Under the pieces are notes generated by a model. The model saw nothing but the letters and a program-made list of their open reading frames with translations, ran no database searches and had not been told where the DNA came from. Below are positions 39,811 to 54,162 of a stretch of DNA of 64,000 nt, piece by piece (position 1 is the first letter of the stretch; the number at the start of each line of letters is the position of its first letter). The DNA is taken from NCBI GenBank assembly GCA_050084985.1, contig JBITNC010000001.1, positions 124,186,001 through 124,250,000 on the forward strand, read 5' to 3'. The stretch comes from Nageia nagi. Its lineage: Eukaryota; Plantae; Pinophyta. Position numbers and translations under genes: made by a program.

Positions 39811-41149
39811 ATCTTTATCCTTACCAATAGAAGGAATGTGAGGCTTTGCTTTCTCCTCATGGCTATTAATTGTTCCACTTTCTTCCTTTTTACAATGTTC
39901 TTGTTTATTCTCTTGAGCATTGGATAGATTGCAATGATATGAATGTTGTGGTCTTTCCTTTATTGTGCTTATCAAAAAACACTTTTGAAGATGTCCCTAT
40001 TGTTAATAGTTATAGCATCTTAATGTGTATCTTTTATAATCAATGGTTTAAACCCATGTCCTCCAAGGTGTTGTTTGTGTGATTTTGCTTGACCAAGGGA
40101 AACATGTCCTTATGTCCATACCTTGATTTTTTCCTTGGTCATATCATTCTTATATGCTATATTCTCTTTTGTAATAGCATATATATCTATATATTATCTT
40201 ATATAATTTGCTAGCTTGGTTATGGTTGTGATACTACATAATTCAATTGAGAGTTCATATGGGTTAACCAAAATTGGGTACCCTAGAGCCTTTTTAGTGA
40301 AGGGATTAAAATTTCTTGACCACTTTTCGATGTAGAGAACCCTTTGTCTATAAAATGAATGATATTTATGCTATAAAATCCTTTTCATATCATCCATATT
40401 TTGAAAAATGTACATGAAAAAGTCACGTGGAAGAAGCATAATCTAAAAACTCATTTCCACATTCAAAAATATTTTTTGCATATTGTATTAAATCTTCTCT
40501 ACAAGAGTGCCTACCTTTCATTTTACAAATGATTATGCTACTTAATTGTTGTAAATTCATTTCCATGCTTGTTTCCTACATTTTCACTGATATTTATGGT
40601 TTTGATCCTTTCTTTATTCCTCCTCTCTGGCCATTTTCCTTTCTTACATCTTGTGTTCTAGTTTTCCACTCTTTTTCAAGAGTCCTCTTTTTTTTAATAG
40701 TAGTTTGTTCTACATGGTGAAGTGGAATGACTATCTCCAACGTCACTCTTGGTGATTTACTTGTTTCATCTTATTGTTGTGCTTTTGATCCTTACCCTCC
40801 ATCATCTACTATATATCCTCATTATATATCTCTTGATTCTATTTTTCTATTCTATTTCTTAGATTCCTTTCTCTATTTTCAAAAACATTGTACCCCTTCC
40901 CTTAGTTCTTTCTCAAATTCCTTGATTTTTTCAACTTTCCACTCATTATTTGCCTCCCATTTTTGCTTAAGGGTCATGATCTTTAGTTGGTAACCATCTA
41001 CATGTCTAACCTCTCGATGATTTTTTCATCTATTTTATTTTCCCATTTCTCCATATAGAACTACATCCCAAAACTTTCTTTTTGTTGTGAAATTTGAAAA
41101 GATTCAAAGTTTTACTCTTTTAAATAGAATTGATTTCTTCTTATATTAT

Positions 41150-41560
41150 TTGTCTCTACACATCACTGGTATAGGTATAGTCAAAAGAAAAGGGATAAAA
41201 TTCCACTTGAGATATCAAAACATAATTAACTCACATTTGGATTCTTATTCACTATCTCCATAAATGTGCATCTTGTCCAACTTGTAACCACTTGATTAAC
41301 TTCTTAAGCTTGGCTTATTACAATCCTCCTTTAAAAATTCTTGGTAATCATTTTCTTTGGTGTATGAGTTGGAATAGAGCACTTATTACTTGTAGCCTTA
41401 ATAAGACTAGTGATGGGACTTGATGATGAATCAATTGATGAGGTAATATTGCCTACAAAATTGCCTTTTATGATTATATACTCACTCTTCAACAAACATC
41501 ACATCTCTTGAATCTAGCACTTTTATTCTTTCAATTTTAAAGCCTACAATCTTTATATTT
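41150..41560 (-). mobile_element. Ty1/Copia integrase-end / RT-start remnant
   Basis: KVLDSRDVMF.EE and a KW..K..G...SKC.L-like RT N-terminal pattern. Confidence 0.55.
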
Positions 41561-43599
41561 TTTAAATATATAATTAAAATACAATGCTCACTTTTTTGAT
41601 ATTCCTATACTAAATATTAATTTATTATTTAAAATAAAATAATTATATACATTTATCTATTGAATTATAATAAATATAGTAACTATTGCATAAATGAAAT
41701 AAAGAAATTTAAATACATATGCAACTTAACTATTAGACCAAATGTTAATAGATGCTAAATATGAATTTGAAATGAATATACAAATCTGTTGTTCTTAGTT
41801 ATGTTATGTTATAAAAGGTAATAAAAGTTTGATAGGAAAATCATTTATCTCCAACTCAATTTTTGAATCTATAAAAATATTTTAGGTTTTGTATTACATT
41901 GTATAACATTCACATTATAGTTTGTAAATTTTGTTGTACAATATTTAATAAAATTATATCTCTAAACAAGGTTTCATTAAAGGATATGTATAAAATAATA
42001 CCTAACATATGTTTGAAAAAAAAGTATAATCATAAAGATCCTGTAGCACATAAATTTAAGATTTGATAGGTGGTAACTAAAGTCATTGGTTTCATTAGGT
42101 AAACATTATCAAGATCTAATAACTATGTCAAGAAAACTTCCCATTTTTATAGGAAATCACATCATATAGTACATCTTATCATTCACTATAAAATATGTGA
42201 GATAGTGATATATATAATTCTTAATGATTAAATATTTAAAACATATTCCAAATAATAAAAATAAGTCAAATCTGTTTAATATAACCAAAAATATGATTAC
42301 ATAAATAATAATAAAAAATTAGGCATATATAGATACCCATATTTGGATATTTGACTATAGAACTAAAACTAAAAAATGCAAATAAGAATATAAATCATAA
42401 AAGAAATGCTCCATTAAATAATTAATTTGGTGATAAATTGGGAATCCTTACTTTGAAACCAATCTCCTACCTTACTTTTTACTTAGTTATTATATAAATA
42501 TCCAATGAAGAAAGGGAATTAAAAAATAATAATCATAATAACATCATATATCATAAAGGATTAATGAGTGATTCTCTACTCTCCAAGATTAATAAATAAT
42601 TATAAGAAAAGGGATCAAGACAAGCAACTACAAGTATACACAACATCTCATATGATATCTCTTGCTTAGCTTAAATATGAAATCAATATAATATCTCATC
42701 ATATGATATCATATAATAATCAATATATAATAATTATGACTCATACCATCTTATAAAACTAAAAAATGATTTCAAATAAAACTCATTCTTTTAATTATTG
42801 ATAAGAAAAGATTTATTCCTGAAGATTAATATGGTTTTCTTATAAAAGGATTATTCAAAATCATCATGTATAGGAATTATTTGAAATACTTATCGCTCTT
42901 GGCACATTTGATGAATGAAATTTTATTATCAAGTACATAATGTCCCAAGTAATAAAATAAGAATACTAATCCATCTCAACACATTTCAAGATTAAAGTGT
43001 TATAATTAGGTACATAATGCCCCAAGTAACAAAAATATACCCTATATAAGTTTCAATAAGAAACTATAAATATTGAAATGATATGACTATAGGGTTTCCA
43101 TGATTAAAAACTCTTCATATGAATGGTAATGAAAATTTTAAATTAATAATAATCTATAATTAAATTGAAAGTATGATAACTAAATGTTATGAAATAAAAA
43201 TTCATCCAACAACTTTCCATTCACTATCCTTCCTTGAATTTCATGCATGCACTTATACCATCCAATTTCCACTCCAAGATGCAACCATCAACCAAAGAGT
43301 TAGAGCATCTAACCATTATACACACTCTCATCTGGTAGCCCTAATTCTAAATAAGATAGTATAAAATTTGATACCATCCAAATTGATAAGATTATCGATC
43401 CCATTATTGATCTTAAAAAAATATTTTAACCAACCTCTCAATCCATTTCATTCTAGGGATGAGCAATAATCTAACAAGAAACCAAGGATTTCAAAAGGTA
43501 AACAACATGACAATAAATTCAACTACTTTGCCTAATCTTGCAAACTCTACATAGTTGATTAATAGTTTGTTGAGAAGATTTAGCTAACATAACAAGTCT

Positions 43600-44600
43600 A
43601 AACTCTAATAGTCAATTACCCAAACATTTAGATTGGAATATTCTAAGGCACACCTAATATATCCGTGGACCATATGCTTGCATCTCACATAGTCTATCCA
43701 TAAATATGTAAGTATGTTGACTCTTGATAGTTTCATCCCTTACAATAAAGCTTCTTACACTGAGAAGGCTCCCTCTCTCACTTGATGAGTACTTTCCATC
43801 ATTAAGAACTACCTTTTACCAATATCCATTGGTATAAAATTTTAATATCCTTCACACCATACAAATATCCTCTTATCATCCAACTCAAACTTATTTGTAT
43901 AAATCACACTATTTGTACCTTAACTATCCTTCCACACCTTATCTCTCATTCATACTACTAGCATAAGATCTTCCCATTCATAGCAAAGTGCTTCACGACA
44001 AAGGGGATTTGAGTAGAAGTTCTCAAATAAGAATACTAATTATTTGGTCCTCATAAATTCTCCTCAAAGAACCACATCAAGTCCCTCTCATCTTGCTATA
44101 ATACTAATTGTTATGATGCTAACTTTTTCACCTATGAGTCGATATCTAAATCAATCATAATGGAATAAAATATTCCTAGTAAACTTGCCTTATAGGAATA
44201 CATTGAGCACTTAGTTACTAAACAATTCCTCTCCCACCCTTACAATATTAACTCTTCTATGTACAATATCATATACATGTGTTTTATGGAAGTCTTTTAC
44301 CTTCATCATGCCATGAATGACACATCAAGATAACTCAGGTACTCTTCTTCACTTTTTAATCTACATAACCAATATCATAAAATCCTTCATCAAATTACCA
44401 TCCCATTTGATTCTAGCCCTTGACTTAGCCCATCCCCTCTTACCTCTCCAATGAGAATCAAACTAACCCAAATACCATGAACCCAATAGAAATCTAAGTC
44501 ACTTATCCACATGATCCAATCTTCCTATAAGTACCCTAACTTCCAACCTTTTTACTAGTGACTAAATATTTTCCCATTTAGAACCATCATTTAGAATGGC
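43600..44600 (-). mobile_element. Very degenerate Gypsy gag-like remnant
   Basis: EDWIMWI and IKWDGNLMKDF-like gag patterns only. Confidence 0.3.
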
Positions 44601-46829
44601 ATGCTCATCCTAACATACATCTAGGCCCCTCAAAGGTTGACACTCAATCTATATAATGGATTCTAACAAATGCAATATAAATACATCCATTAACTATTAT
44701 CCTTATAGAGAATCCCAACCTTATTAATAAGGATAGATCTAGTATCCCAAGTGGACCCTACAAAAAATATGCCCTTGTGATCAATACTAACTAATAGACA
44801 TACTAGTGGATACCTCTTTCTTCCTCAACTAATTCATTGATATGATTTCCCAAGTCTTCAGGATCATCCATAATCTCCCTTAAACAACCTCCTTGAGGCA
44901 CCATGGACCATTTTAGTATTCAATTAGACTCATAACTCAATGTGTTCTAATGTTTATATCATCATTTGCACTTGCTTAATGTTGGTATCTCCATGAAACA
45001 AGGGGAATAGTTCTACCCATTTATATAATTCTTCATTGATTCAATGACATCCTCATCACTAGACTACCTAAAATAACCTATCACACACCATCCCTAACTA
45101 AAAATCATGTATGAATAAATTATTAGAATCAATTACTTAATTCCCCAAGTGTGAAAAGGAGAAAACTATTCCATTTTAACACATTTTGATATTAAAATTC
45201 TAGAATTGGGTACTTAATGTGTCAACTTGTAAAAAAAAGATGCCTTGTATAAGCTTAATATGGAGCTAAAAATATTGAAGTGATATCATCATGGGGTTAC
45301 TATGATAAATACTCTTCATCCAAATACCATAAGGTTTACTTCATATGAATTCCAATGAAAACCTAAAAGAAAGAATAATCTCAACTAAATTGAAAATATA
45401 ATAACTAGTTATGAATTTTAAGGTTTGACACAATAAATCAAAAAAACTTTAAAAGAATGAAGAATTTCATTTAATAAGCATAATGTAGACCTTATTTAAC
45501 CATAAAATAAAATAACTTTTTTTAATCATAAATATATTAGGTTTAGTAAAGGCTTCAAGGTCATAGGAATCATAAAATTAAGAAATATATTTTATTCACT
45601 AACCAAAAACCTAGGATTTTGAATACAATATAATAAAAATAAAATAAAATAAGAGTAAATAATACAAATTGGTTTTTAATTTTATATTTTAATGAATATT
45701 AGTTTTCTACAAATGATAAATAAATATAGAAATATAGGAAAAATGAAAAATTATACATGTTAGAAATATGGGCATATAAGAAATATATGATAAATTAAAA
45801 CATATAGGAATAAAAATCATAGATCTAGCATATATCAACATGAAATATGAAAAATAACTCTGATCCTTTTCATTTGGTTTAATATGAACCCTTATGAAAC
45901 TCAAAAATAATTCCCAAATTATACTTATAAACTAGGATTTTCTTGGAGTTTTGAGGCTTATTGTAAATAATTAAAGTGATTCAAGTTTTCATGATGATCA
46001 AAATCCCATCCCATATATGTTTATAGATTAAAACTAAACTAAAATAAATTAATTTCTAAAAAGATATATTTGGTACATGAAGAATACAAATCAATATCAT
46101 AACGAACTTATATATTGATATTAAAAAACTAATGTAACTTTTTTTTCATTGAAAGAACCTAATACTAGGAACAATAAGGATCCTAAAATCCTTTCTGAAA
46201 ATATCATTTGAAAAAAATTAGTGAATCCTATGGTATATCTAGCTCAATACTGATATTCAATAGAAGATATATTGTGACTACTTAGATTTCTTAGGTTGGA
46301 GGAATTCTTTAAATTGGGCCATAGATCCATCTTCAATGCTATTAGTTAGTCTTCTATTTTTGGAAAGGCCCATATTAGCTTTTTTAAGAAGATAAGTATT
46401 TCTTACTATATTATAGCTTGACTCTCTCCATTTAACCATAAAAAATTTCCCAATTCAACATAACATGGTATTAATATCTTCTTCAATAAATTTTCTTCAC
46501 AACGATATCATGAAAATTCTAAAAACAAATTCAATAAAGTTGATATTTCAAATTACCTTAAGCTTGTAATTTATAACTAAAATATTATTTATACTTGAAT
46601 TAATAAACCTTATTTTATATGATTCTAATTTAATTTATTATTATTTATCTACAAATAATAAGTCATTTTAAGTACTTAAATTTATTGTTTATTTAAATAG
46701 AACAATCAAATTTTAATGTCTAGAATCATCTTTATTTAATATCTTAATCTCTTAAAAAATGTTTATTGGTTTTATGATTTATCCTTATTAAATATACAAG
46801 CAAGATATTGAATATTTTAATTTAAATAT

Positions 46830-47409
46830 AGATGCAAGAGCATCAAGTTTTGGTCAAAGAACCAATACATTCATTGACTACATAACATAGTCATTGAGAA
46901 ATAGTATTTAGTGGTTATGCTATAGTTGCGGTTATAATAAAATATGTGAATTGAATACATAGGTAGGTCTCAAATAAATGTGTAGGGGACTAGGATTTCC
47001 ATTTAAGGCTTAGTAGGTAGATATCATATAAGTTTATTTCTCTCCTCCATTAATGGTGGAAACCACTAGAAAATGTACATGGATATGCACTTAATTTCAT
47101 AATGTGTATAACTATAAAAGAAAAAAAGGAAGAGGCTTCAAGAACTCTCTATTTCTAAGGAGTTCGAATGATAAGAGATAAGTAGAATATATGGGTATGG
47201 GGAGGGTACCTCTTCTAGAACTAATGGAGACGGTATAAACTATTGTAAATAAACTATAATTTATTTAGAATATAATAAACATGGTAAAAGTTATGCTTAA
47301 TCTATGTATGAATGTGGTTGTTATCATTTTCTATTTTTCTATTATTCCATTTCTAATTATTAAAGTGTTGGTTTTGAATTTTTACCTACCATCATGTTGA
47401 GCTACATCA
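46830..47409 (+). repeat. 5' LTR of the CRM-like element
   Basis: (A)GATGCAAGAGCATCA...GAGCTACATCA, homologous to 51241-51830. Confidence 0.9.
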
Positions 47410-47411
47410 AG

Positions 47412-47423
47412 TGGTATCAGAGA
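47412..47423 (+). other. Primer-binding site (tRNA-iMet)
   Basis: TGGTATCAGAG, 2 nt after the LTR end. Confidence 0.9.
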
Positions 47424-50400
47424 AGGGGAGAATCATTAGAAAAAAAAAAACAAAGTAGAGTTGTTTCTAGGTAAAGAATGGTAGAAATTGGAACTAGTTC
47501 TAGAAGTGGAGGTGAAATAGAATCAGAAAATGAGAGAAGGTAAGGTAGGGGTGGAGGTAGAAGGTGTAACATGGGAAACTTTTGATATGTGGAGTTACTA
47601 GAAGAACTCTATGATTTTAGGGTGACATTGGTTGTTTTGGAGAAATGCAATCAGATACATGATGAACAAGATCCTATAGAGAGTGAAGCAGATCACACTA
47701 AGGATGAATCTGGTTCTAATGAAGAAGAGGAAACCCTTAAAGAGTGCCTCATCATATGCTTTGCTAAGCATGTAAGCAAGCCAAACTCTGATTTTCTAAG
47801 TTATGCTGGTATCTTGAACCCTAATTAAATTATTGATTGGATTTTAGAGATGGAAAAGTTTTTTAAATTGGAAAGCACGAATGAGGATAAGAAGGTGAAA
47901 TTGGTAGTCACTAAGTTGAAGGGACATGAGTCCTTATGGTGGGATTAAGTTAAAAGAAAAAGAGTTCAAGATGGAAAACATAAGATCCAAACATGGGAAA
48001 GAACAATAATCCAACTAAGGAAACAATTTGTGTTGAAGGATTATGAATAAATGTTGTTAAGGAAGATGTAAAATCTATGCCAAAAGGAGATGAGTTTAAA
48101 AGACTATACTGAGGATTTTTATAAGTTGTCAATTAGAGAGGGATAGTCTAGATCATGAATGCTACAATTTCAAGGTATGTGAATGGATTAAGATTTGCTA
48201 TTTAGGATGAGATTAGTATGTTGAATATAAGAACAATAGAGGATGCCTATTAGTATGCTATGAAAGAAGAAGATAAGATGAATAGGAAACACTCACAAGA
48301 TGCAAGTAAGTTAAGAGGTAGAGGTAAATATTTTGGCATGAAAAATAAGATAGAGAAGAATGAGGAAGGAGCCATCCCTGGTTATGCTCCTAGGGGAAGA
48401 TATCAACCATATCATGGATGAGACTATGGATATCATGGCCAAGGTTGAGGTTCAAGAGCATTTTTAGTTACTTACTACAATTATGGAGGTGAAGGTCATA
48501 GAGCATATGAATGCAAAGAACCAACAAGGGAAATAAAAGAGAACTAAAAATAGAGCCTAGATTACATAATCAATGAAAGCCTTGAAGAACCATCTTTACC
48601 AAAGAGAACTAAAAGCATGTGATCAGCTTATGGTGCATAGAAGGTTATGTGTGGCCAAGAAACAAGAAGAGCCATTGCAAAAAAGGCATATTTTCAAAAC
48701 TAGATTATATGTGGGAGATAAGGTATTTGACATTATGGTTAATGATGGGAGTTTTGAGAACTTAGTTTTTGAAAAACTGGTAAAAAAGCTAAAATTGAAT
48801 ACTTTTATGTGCCCAACAGCATATATAATAGCTTGGTTGAAGAAAGGATACTATGTATTGGTAAACCAAAGATGCAATATACATATAAAGTATTGGTCGC
48901 TATCATTCTAAATTTATGTGTGACATAGTACCATGGATGCTTGCAACATACTACTTGAAAGACCATGGAAATAAGATCTATGTATGTTGCATGATGGAAG
49001 ATTGAATATGATTTCTATAAAAAGGGGGGTGTCAAGACTATCTTGAAGCCATTAAAACCAATAGAGAAGGAGTTTTGTAGTGGGTTGGTATTTTTGGGAA
49101 TGAAAGAATTCCTATAATAGTGTAAGGAGGCATCGATTTACTATGTTGATGTACTAAGAGAGGAATAGAAGGAGGAGATAATTCCTATGGAGGGATAAAA
49201 AATGTTTGCTAAGTATGAGGAGATCACCACAAATGGATTCCCATTAGGATTACTATCGATTACAAAGATATATCACCAAATTCATTTGATTCTTAGAGTA
49301 AGTTTGCCAAAAAAGGCACACCATATCATTATTAAAGAAGAAGATGAGTGATTAGTTGATATTGGTAGTGCCAAATTTGATAAGGTGTTTCAAGTTTACT
49401 ATGCTTCCAATAGAAAATCCATAGGTGCTATGTTGAGTCAAGAAGGGAGACTAGTAGCTTATTTTAGCCAAAAGCTAAGTAAGCCAAAATATAAGTACTA
49501 TGTTTATGAATTGGAATTGTATGTTATAGTGTAGATTTGAATATTGGAGATACTATTTATTACCTAAAGAATTTGTATTGTATACATATCATTAGGCACT
49601 AAAATATATTAACAATCTAGAGAAATTAAGTGTGAAGTTGACCAAATTGGTGGATTATTTGCAGAGATACATATTTTTTCTAAAACATAAAGTTGGAATG
49701 GCAATAAGGTAGTGGTTACATTGTGTTAAAGAAGTATGCTATTGAAAACCATGGAAGTAGAAGTGGTTGGTTGAACTAGATGCAAGAATAATATAAGGAT
49801 GATCTAGATTTATTAGAGATTTGGTATAAGAGTCAAGAAAATAAAGGATGGAAGGGTTTCTTCATTCAAGAAGGTTTTCTATTTAAGGATCAATAGTTAT
49901 GTATAACAAAAGGTTCATTGAGGGAAAATCTCATTTGAGAAATTCAAAGAGGAGGACTACGAGGACATTTTGGTTAAGATAAAACTTTGTTGCAGATGAG
50001 AGAGAAGTATTTATATCCAAAGATGCCAATACATGTGGGTAGATTTATCGCTAAGTGTTGAACATATCAACTAGCAAAAGGAACCACTTAGAACATCGAA
50101 TTATATACTCCATTACCTTTATCGATTAGACCTTGGGAAAATGTAAGTATGGATTTTATTTTGGGATTACTGAGGACACAATAGGGATATGATATTATTT
50201 TAGTTATGGTGGATCATTTTTATAAAATGGACCATTTTATTCCGTACTATAAGACCATTACTGCCTCACATGTCATTGGGTTGTTCTTTAAAAAATCATT
50301 AGAGTTCATGCACTACCTAAGAGCATTACTACTAATATAAATACCAAATTTCTTTTTCATTTTTGGAGATAACTTTGGTAGTGACTAGGATAAAATTGGA

Positions 50401-51240
50401 TTTTAGTTCGACATATCATCCATAGATAGATGGGAAGACTAAATCATTAACTAGATTCTTGGAAACTTATTACAAAGTTTAGTTGGTGATAGGCCAAAAC
50501 AATAGGATATTATGTTGGCATAAGCTGAGTTAGCTTACAATAATTTGATGAATAGGACAACTAGAGCATCTCCATTCTATATACTCTATGGAAGGTCACA
50601 ACGAGAAGTTACCAACTTAGTGAAGGTCATTGGTGATAGAAAGAATGATGAAATAAAGGATTTCGCTAAACATTTCAAGAAAATTCATGAAGGATTTGAG
50701 AGAAAATTATCAATAGCAACCAAAAGTATAAGATAAAGGCTAATGAGAAAAAAAAAGGAAAAATACTTTGAAGTGGGTGATTCAGTAATGGTTTACTTAC
50801 AAAAGGAGAGGTTTCCTAGCAACACATATAATAAACTAAAGTATGAGAAAATTGGTCCATGTCAATACTGCAAAAATTTTCAAATAATGCCTTGAGATAA
50901 ACTTTCCTATATATATGGATATATCTCCTATTTTTAATGTTGTCGATCTATATTCTTAAGAAAGAGAGAACTAGTTTGAGGAAGTTGACTAGGAGGAGAG
51001 AATTGCAGAATGGGTAGAGAAAATTCTAGAAAAGAAGAGAAGAAATTGATAAAGTGTTGTATGAAAGAGTCACCAAGAAAACCCAAAATAAACAATATAA
51101 GGAGTATCTTATAAGATGGAAAGGATTAGGGCCTAAGGAAGATACTTGGGTTAACGAATCCAAGTTAACTCATTTCTTTGCAAAATAAATGATTTTATCC
51201 TTGTGAGCAAGAGTTCATAAATTTTTGAACCAAGGACAAT

Positions 51241-51830
51241 TGATGCAGGAGCATCAGTTTTGGGTCAAAGAACCAATATAATCATTGGCCACATAGCATA
51301 GTCATTGAGAAATTGTATTTAGTAATCAAGCTATAGTTATGGTTATAATAAAATATGTGAATTGAATACATACATAGATCTTTAATAAATATGTAGCAGA
51401 TTAGAACTACCATTTAAGGCTTAGTAGGTAGAAATCATATAAGTTTATTTCTCTCCTTTGTTAATGCTAGAAATCACTAGAAAATGTATGTGCATATGCA
51501 TTTAATTTTAGAATGTGTATAGCTATAAAAGAAAAAAGGGAAGAGACTTCGAGAGAGTTTGAATGATAGGAGATAAGTTGAGTAGGATAGTATGGGGAGG
51601 GGACCTCTTTTGGAACTAGAGGAGATGATATAAAGCATTGTAAATAGACTATAATTTGTTTAAAATATAATAGACATGGTGAAAGTTACATTTGACCTGC
51701 ATATGAATGTGTTTGTATATGGATTGAAGGGTTGGTGTTTTTTATCATTTTCTTTTTCTCTATTATTCCATTTTTTATTATTGAAGTTCTAAGTTTAAAT
51801 TTTTGCCTACCATTGTGCTGAGCTGTATCA
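51241..51830 (+). repeat. 3' LTR of the CRM-like element
   Basis: TGATGCAGGAGCATCA...GAGCTGTATCA; visibly diverged from the 5' LTR, so an old insertion. Confidence 0.9.
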
Positions 51831-52474
51831 TATTTATATCAAATGAAATTACAATATCAAAATAGCATACAATTTTGAATTCATAAATTTACACCCTAGC
51901 TCTATGAGCATCCAAATAATGCCATCACTGTATAGTTTGTAATATAATTTAATCTTTAAAAAAATACAAATATGAAACCATAAATTATTATTTACTAAAA
52001 AATAATTCTTTTCAGAATGAAAAACTAATTATATTAAAATAATATAAATGTCTTTTGAAATAGCTTAAAAGAGGTGCATTTTTACTTATCATCTGTATAT
52101 TTAATTTTTTTTAATAAACTTCAACTATTATTCTATATTCTTTTAAGATAGTTGAACTTTTGTACAAAAGCATAAAAATCCATTAGTTGATTTATAATAT
52201 ATTTTTATTTACAACTATAACAAAAACATAAATAATATTTTTATTAACATCATGTTGTATTGTTGAAAGAATTTCAAATTTTTCTTAAGCAATTCTATAT
52301 ATCTATGAAATTCTCCTTTTCTTATTATTTATTTCTATAAAATTTTCTTGTGATTATATGTTGTACTTTCTCACTTCACCTGTCCTTTTTTTGTGTGAAA
52401 GAAATTTTATATTAATTAAAAGATTTTTTCATTCAAAAAAGATTTATTGTTAATCATTATTTACAATAAAAGAG

Positions 52475-52628
52475 AAATATTTGGTAAATATAAAATAGTT
52501 AAACTAACATGAAAAGAAATAAACATCACTTTTGAAGAAAAGAACCCTAAAATAAAAATATTTTGTAAATATAATATAGTTAAACTAACATGAAAAGAAA
52601 TAAACATCACTTTTGAGGAAGAGAACCC
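52475..52628 (+). repeat. 81-bp tandem duplication downstream of ELF1
   Basis: AAACTAACATGAAAAGAAATAAACATCACTTTTGA at 52501 and 52582. Confidence 0.95.
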
Positions 52629-52770
52629 GGAATCTAATTCGAAAGAAGGATAATTCCTCGTAAAGGATGATTTCCAATAAAATAAAATAACTGCCTGTAT
52701 GAGAACATGAGGCAACGTGAAATGAGATATTTTGTCATTCTAATACACGCAACATTCAGAACTTTCGCAT

Positions 52771-53372
52771 TTATCCAGAATTTACTCTCTCGCTTTCATC
52801 AATCCACTCGCTATACCTGAAACAATGAGACGAAACTTTAAATATTATATTCGACATCAGCTTGCGAAGAACAGCAAGAATAGAACTTCCTTTCTAACGT
52901 ATAAAATCTTTATCTTGAAAGAACTTCATTGGAACTAAACGTCATACCAAAATAGATCAACAACTTGAAAAAAGTTGTCTGGTTTAAGATCAGAACTTAC
53001 ACATCAATGGGCAAAAATCATAAAGGTTATATAATCAGTGCTGATTACAATATGGAAAAGGAATAAATAGACATTTGGGTAGAGTTAAAGAAGATCACCA
53101 ACCATTTATCCTGGTGGAGAATGTTTCCTTGCATATGCGGCATTCAGCTTGCCCAATTAACTCCTTAAAACTCCTGAAAATGGTTCAAACCCATTAATAC
53201 AATTATCACAACTCACTGTAATTTCGATCACGAAAGTATTGAGATTCAAAGAAAACCTACATTGTACACTCCACACTGTCCGCATGGTGGCAGAAAGGGC
53301 AGTTAAAGACAGTGCTGAGCTTTTCCTGCTTCTTTTGGGCTGTGGCTTCTTGGATGCCTTCCTTTTCCCCAT
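52771..53372 (-). pseudogene. ELF1: Transcription elongation factor 1 homolog (ELF1/ELOF1), four coding exons, apparently disrupted
   Basis: Exon 1 53372-53261: MGKRKASKKPQPK, a frameshift in an A-run, then KQEKLSTVFNCPFCHHADSVECT. Exon 2 53173-53103: SFKELIGQAECRICKETFSTRIN. Exon 3 remnant 53011-53001: PIDV then GTAAGT, with no adjacent AG acceptor. Exon 4 52816-52771: YSEWIDESERVNSG*. Confidence 0.9.
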
Positions 53373-53825
53373 GTTTTCCTTACTATCTTCTTCAAACTAC
53401 TTTCTACTTCTTTGGCTTCTATTTATAACAGTCACAAATATCAATTTACGGCAGATATTGATTCTATATTCTACACTGGTAGAATAAATTCATTGTCTAG
53501 AAAACACATATATTCGATTCTAGAAAAAGAAAAAAACATATACATATATTCGCTCTAGAAAAAGCATAAAGCATATGTAATAAGATACCTGCAATCTATG
53601 GGCCACAACAATTCCACAAAACGAGAGAAGAAACTCAGGTAAGAGAATAAACTCTGTGAAAACTCAGATATAATGTTTGGCCCGGTTTAATTATTTTCTT
53701 AAATAGCAATTTGTCGCCATTACCAACCTTCAATCATGGTCGGCCCCTCTAGAAAAAGTTTGAAATTTTGTATGCGAGACTTGGTTAAGTCTAAAATAAA
53801 GTTAATTAAGTCAATCTCTTATGAT

Positions 53826-53979
53826 TAGCTTTGATATAACCCTTTATATATCAAAAAACATCGAGAGATATCATTTCGAGGCGCCTATCTCATTTCTTGG
53901 TATTGTTATATCCAAGATAGGCGCCTCGAAATGATATCTCTCGATGTTTTTTGATATATAAGGGGTTATATCAAAGCTA
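53826..53979. repeat. Near-perfect inverted repeat (65-bp arms, 24-nt spacer)
   Basis: Arm 53826-53890 is the reverse complement of 53915-53979 with one mismatch; the right arm runs into CTAG|T. Confidence 0.97.
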
Positions 53980-54162
53980 GTGGCATCCATCGTCGCGTGA
54001 TTATTGAATTATAATATTAAGAGATACAATACAAATGCAAATATTATTTTAAAAATAATGTTTAACAAATGAATATGACTCATACATAAGGAGTCATTGA
54101 CAAATAATATTGAGTAAGATTTAAAAAAATTCAAAATTAATCATAGTAATATTGATTTTTGG

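Larger units (their letters stand above)
46830..51830 (+). mobile_element. Two-LTR CRM-like chromovirus (Ty3/Gypsy), decayed, RT domain missing
   Basis: Paired LTRs and a PBS. gag (IDWILEMEKFF, KLKGHESLWW), protease (QKRHIFKTRLYVGDKVFDIMVNDGSFENLV), RNaseH (IGAMLSQEGRLVAYFSQKLS), integrase (RPWENVSMDFILGLLRT, KIGPC), chromodomain (KEYLIRWKGLGPKEDTWV). Confidence 0.95.

Noticed and set aside
39830-40500. Possible MULE transposase/SWIM remnant on the minus strand
   Set aside because: Motif resemblance too weak to support a call
46825-51835. Target-site duplication for the CRM-like element
   Set aside because: The flanks (AATAT vs TATTT) do not match convincingly
53157-53372. ORF-track 71-aa protein as the real product
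   Set aside because: Only the first 13 or so residues are ELF1; the rest is out of frame and reads into an intron
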